Assembly (NCBI RefSeq): GCF_900106675.1
Contig: NZ_FNOB01000025.1
Span: 14,645-46,644, forward strand
Length of the DNA stretch: 32,000 nucleotides
Direction: 5' to 3'
DNA from: Allgaiera indica
Lineage (GTDB): Bacteria > Pseudomonadota > Alphaproteobacteria > Rhodobacterales > Rhodobacteraceae
The notes beneath the pieces were generated by a model, which did no database searches, was not told the DNA's origin, and saw only the letters and a list, made by a program, of their open reading frames with translations. A program made the position numbers and the translations under genes. Below are positions 31,112 to 32,000 of the stretch, piece after piece (position 1 is the first letter of the stretch; each line of letters starts with the position of its first letter).

Positions 31112-32000
31112 CTACATCACCGCGCCGATCTGCCAAGGCACGAATTCCACCGCGCCGAAGCTCTGCGCCTCGCTCTTGGTTTCCTCGCCCGAGGCCACGC
31201 GCAGCATCAGATCGAAGATCTCCTGCCCCTTGTCGGCCAGGCTCGCACCTTCCAGCACGGCGCCGCAATTCACATCCATGTCGGGCTCCATCCGGCGCCA
31301 GAGGTCTGGGTTCGAGGCGATCTTCAGGCAGGGCACCGGCCGGTAGCCCGACACGCTGCCGCGCCCGGTGGTGAAGGCAATGAGGTTCGCCCCCGAAGCG
31401 ATCTGTCCGGTGACCGAGGCCGGATCGTAGCCCGGGCTGTCCATGAACACGAAACCGGGTCGGTCGATCGGCTCGCCATATTTATAGACACCCGACAGCG
31501 GCGCCGCGCCGCCCTTGGCCACCGCGCCCAGGCTCTTTTCCAGGATCGTGGTCAGCCCGCCGCGCTTGTTGCCGGGGCCGGGGTTGTTGTCCATCTGGCC
31601 GAAGTTGCGGGCGGTGTAATCCTGCCACCATTCGATCAGATCGACGACCTTCTGCCCGGTGCCGGCGTCCACCGCGCGGCGGGTCAGCAGATGCTCGGCG
31701 CCGTAAATCTCGGGCGTCTCGGACAGGATCGAGATGCCGCCATGGCGCACCAGCAGGTCCGAGGCCACGCCCAGCGAGGGGTTCGCGGTGATCCCCGAAT
31801 AGCCGTCCGAGCCGCCGCATTGCATCCCCAGCACCAGCTTCGAGGCCGGCGCCTCGGCGCGCACCGCGCGGTCGGCCTCGGCCGCCATCTCGCGCAGCAG
31901 CGCCACGCCCTTGTCGACAGTGGCGCGGGTGCCGCCGGTCTGCTGGATCGTCATGTAGCGAAACCGCGCGCTATCCTTCAGCGCCTTGCGGTCGATCAGG
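31112..32000 (-). CDS. UxaA-family sugar-acid dehydratase (altronate/galactarate dehydratase type), 5' end outside window
   Basis: The frame stays open to the window edge (upstream of the track's Met it reads LIDRKALKDSARFRY). UxaA C-terminal blocks are QCGGSDGYSGITANP, KRGGLTTILEKSLGA and FTTGRGS. Confidence 0.8.
   Translation of the reverse strand, partial: LIDRKALKDSARFRYMTIQQTGGTRATVDKGVALLREMAAEADRAVRAEAPASKLVLGMQCGGSDGYSGITANPSLGVASDLLVRHGGISILSETPEIYGAEHLLTRRAVDAGTGQKVVDLIEWWQDYTARNFGQMDNNPGPGNKRGGLTTILEKSLGAVAKGGAAPLSGVYKYGEPIDRPGFVFMDSPGYDPASVTGQIASGANLIAFTTGRGSVSGYRPVPCLKIASNPDLWRRMEPDMDVNCGAVLEGASLADKGQEIFDLMLRVASGEETKSEAQSFGAVEFVPWQIGAVM

Noticed and set aside
29045-31374. ORFs 29045..30178 (-) and 30265..31374 (+), overlapping pcaF and the SDR/UxaA genes
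   Set aside because: They are antisense to genes with unambiguous thiolase, SDR and UxaA motifs, and their translations are Arg/Pro/Gly-rich.
1-32000. Search for mobile elements, CRISPR arrays, tRNA/rRNA genes and defence systems
   Set aside because: I found no transposase, integrase or recombinase-like ORF. I saw no long direct or inverted terminal repeats, no regularly spaced repeat array and no tRNA-like cloverleaf region. The window looks like core or accessory metabolic chromosome rather than an island with mobility genes.

Overview
The window is a visibly GC-rich segment with strong G/C bias at third codon positions. It looks like densely packed alphaproteobacterial-type chromosome. 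I can support about 32 protein-coding genes. I saw no rRNA, tRNA, CRISPR array, transposase or integrase. In order, the window contains: (1) the 3' two-thirds of an mprF-like lysyl-phosphatidylglycerol synthase, an IalB-family protein and a class III aminotransferase. (2) An amide-catabolism regulon: amiC and amiR, then a leader with a strong intrinsic terminator, then a nitrilase-superfamily hydrolase, a LIV/HAAT-type ABC transporter with a fused permease-ATPase, and an FmdA/AmdA-family amidase. (3) A decaying arsR plus SRPBCC pair. (4) A translationally coupled TetR, SAM-methyltransferase and fused HgcA/HgcB-like corrinoid, membrane and ferredoxin protein, preceded by a 24-26 bp palindromic operator. 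This is the most unusual element in the window. (5) A phosphate-starvation block: plcP-btaA-btaB for betaine-lipid remodelling, followed by phnC-phnD-phnE-phnE. (6) A His-rich polytopic membrane protein divergent from an O-methyltransferase plus 4HBT-thioesterase pair. (7) pcaR divergent from pcaIJF (beta-ketoadipate pathway). (8) An SDR and a 5'-truncated UxaA-family dehydratase. All functional calls rest on my reading of the translated ORFs against remembered family motifs. No database search was run. The many long Arg/Pro/Gly-rich ORFs antisense to or overlapping these genes are treated as GC-content artefacts.
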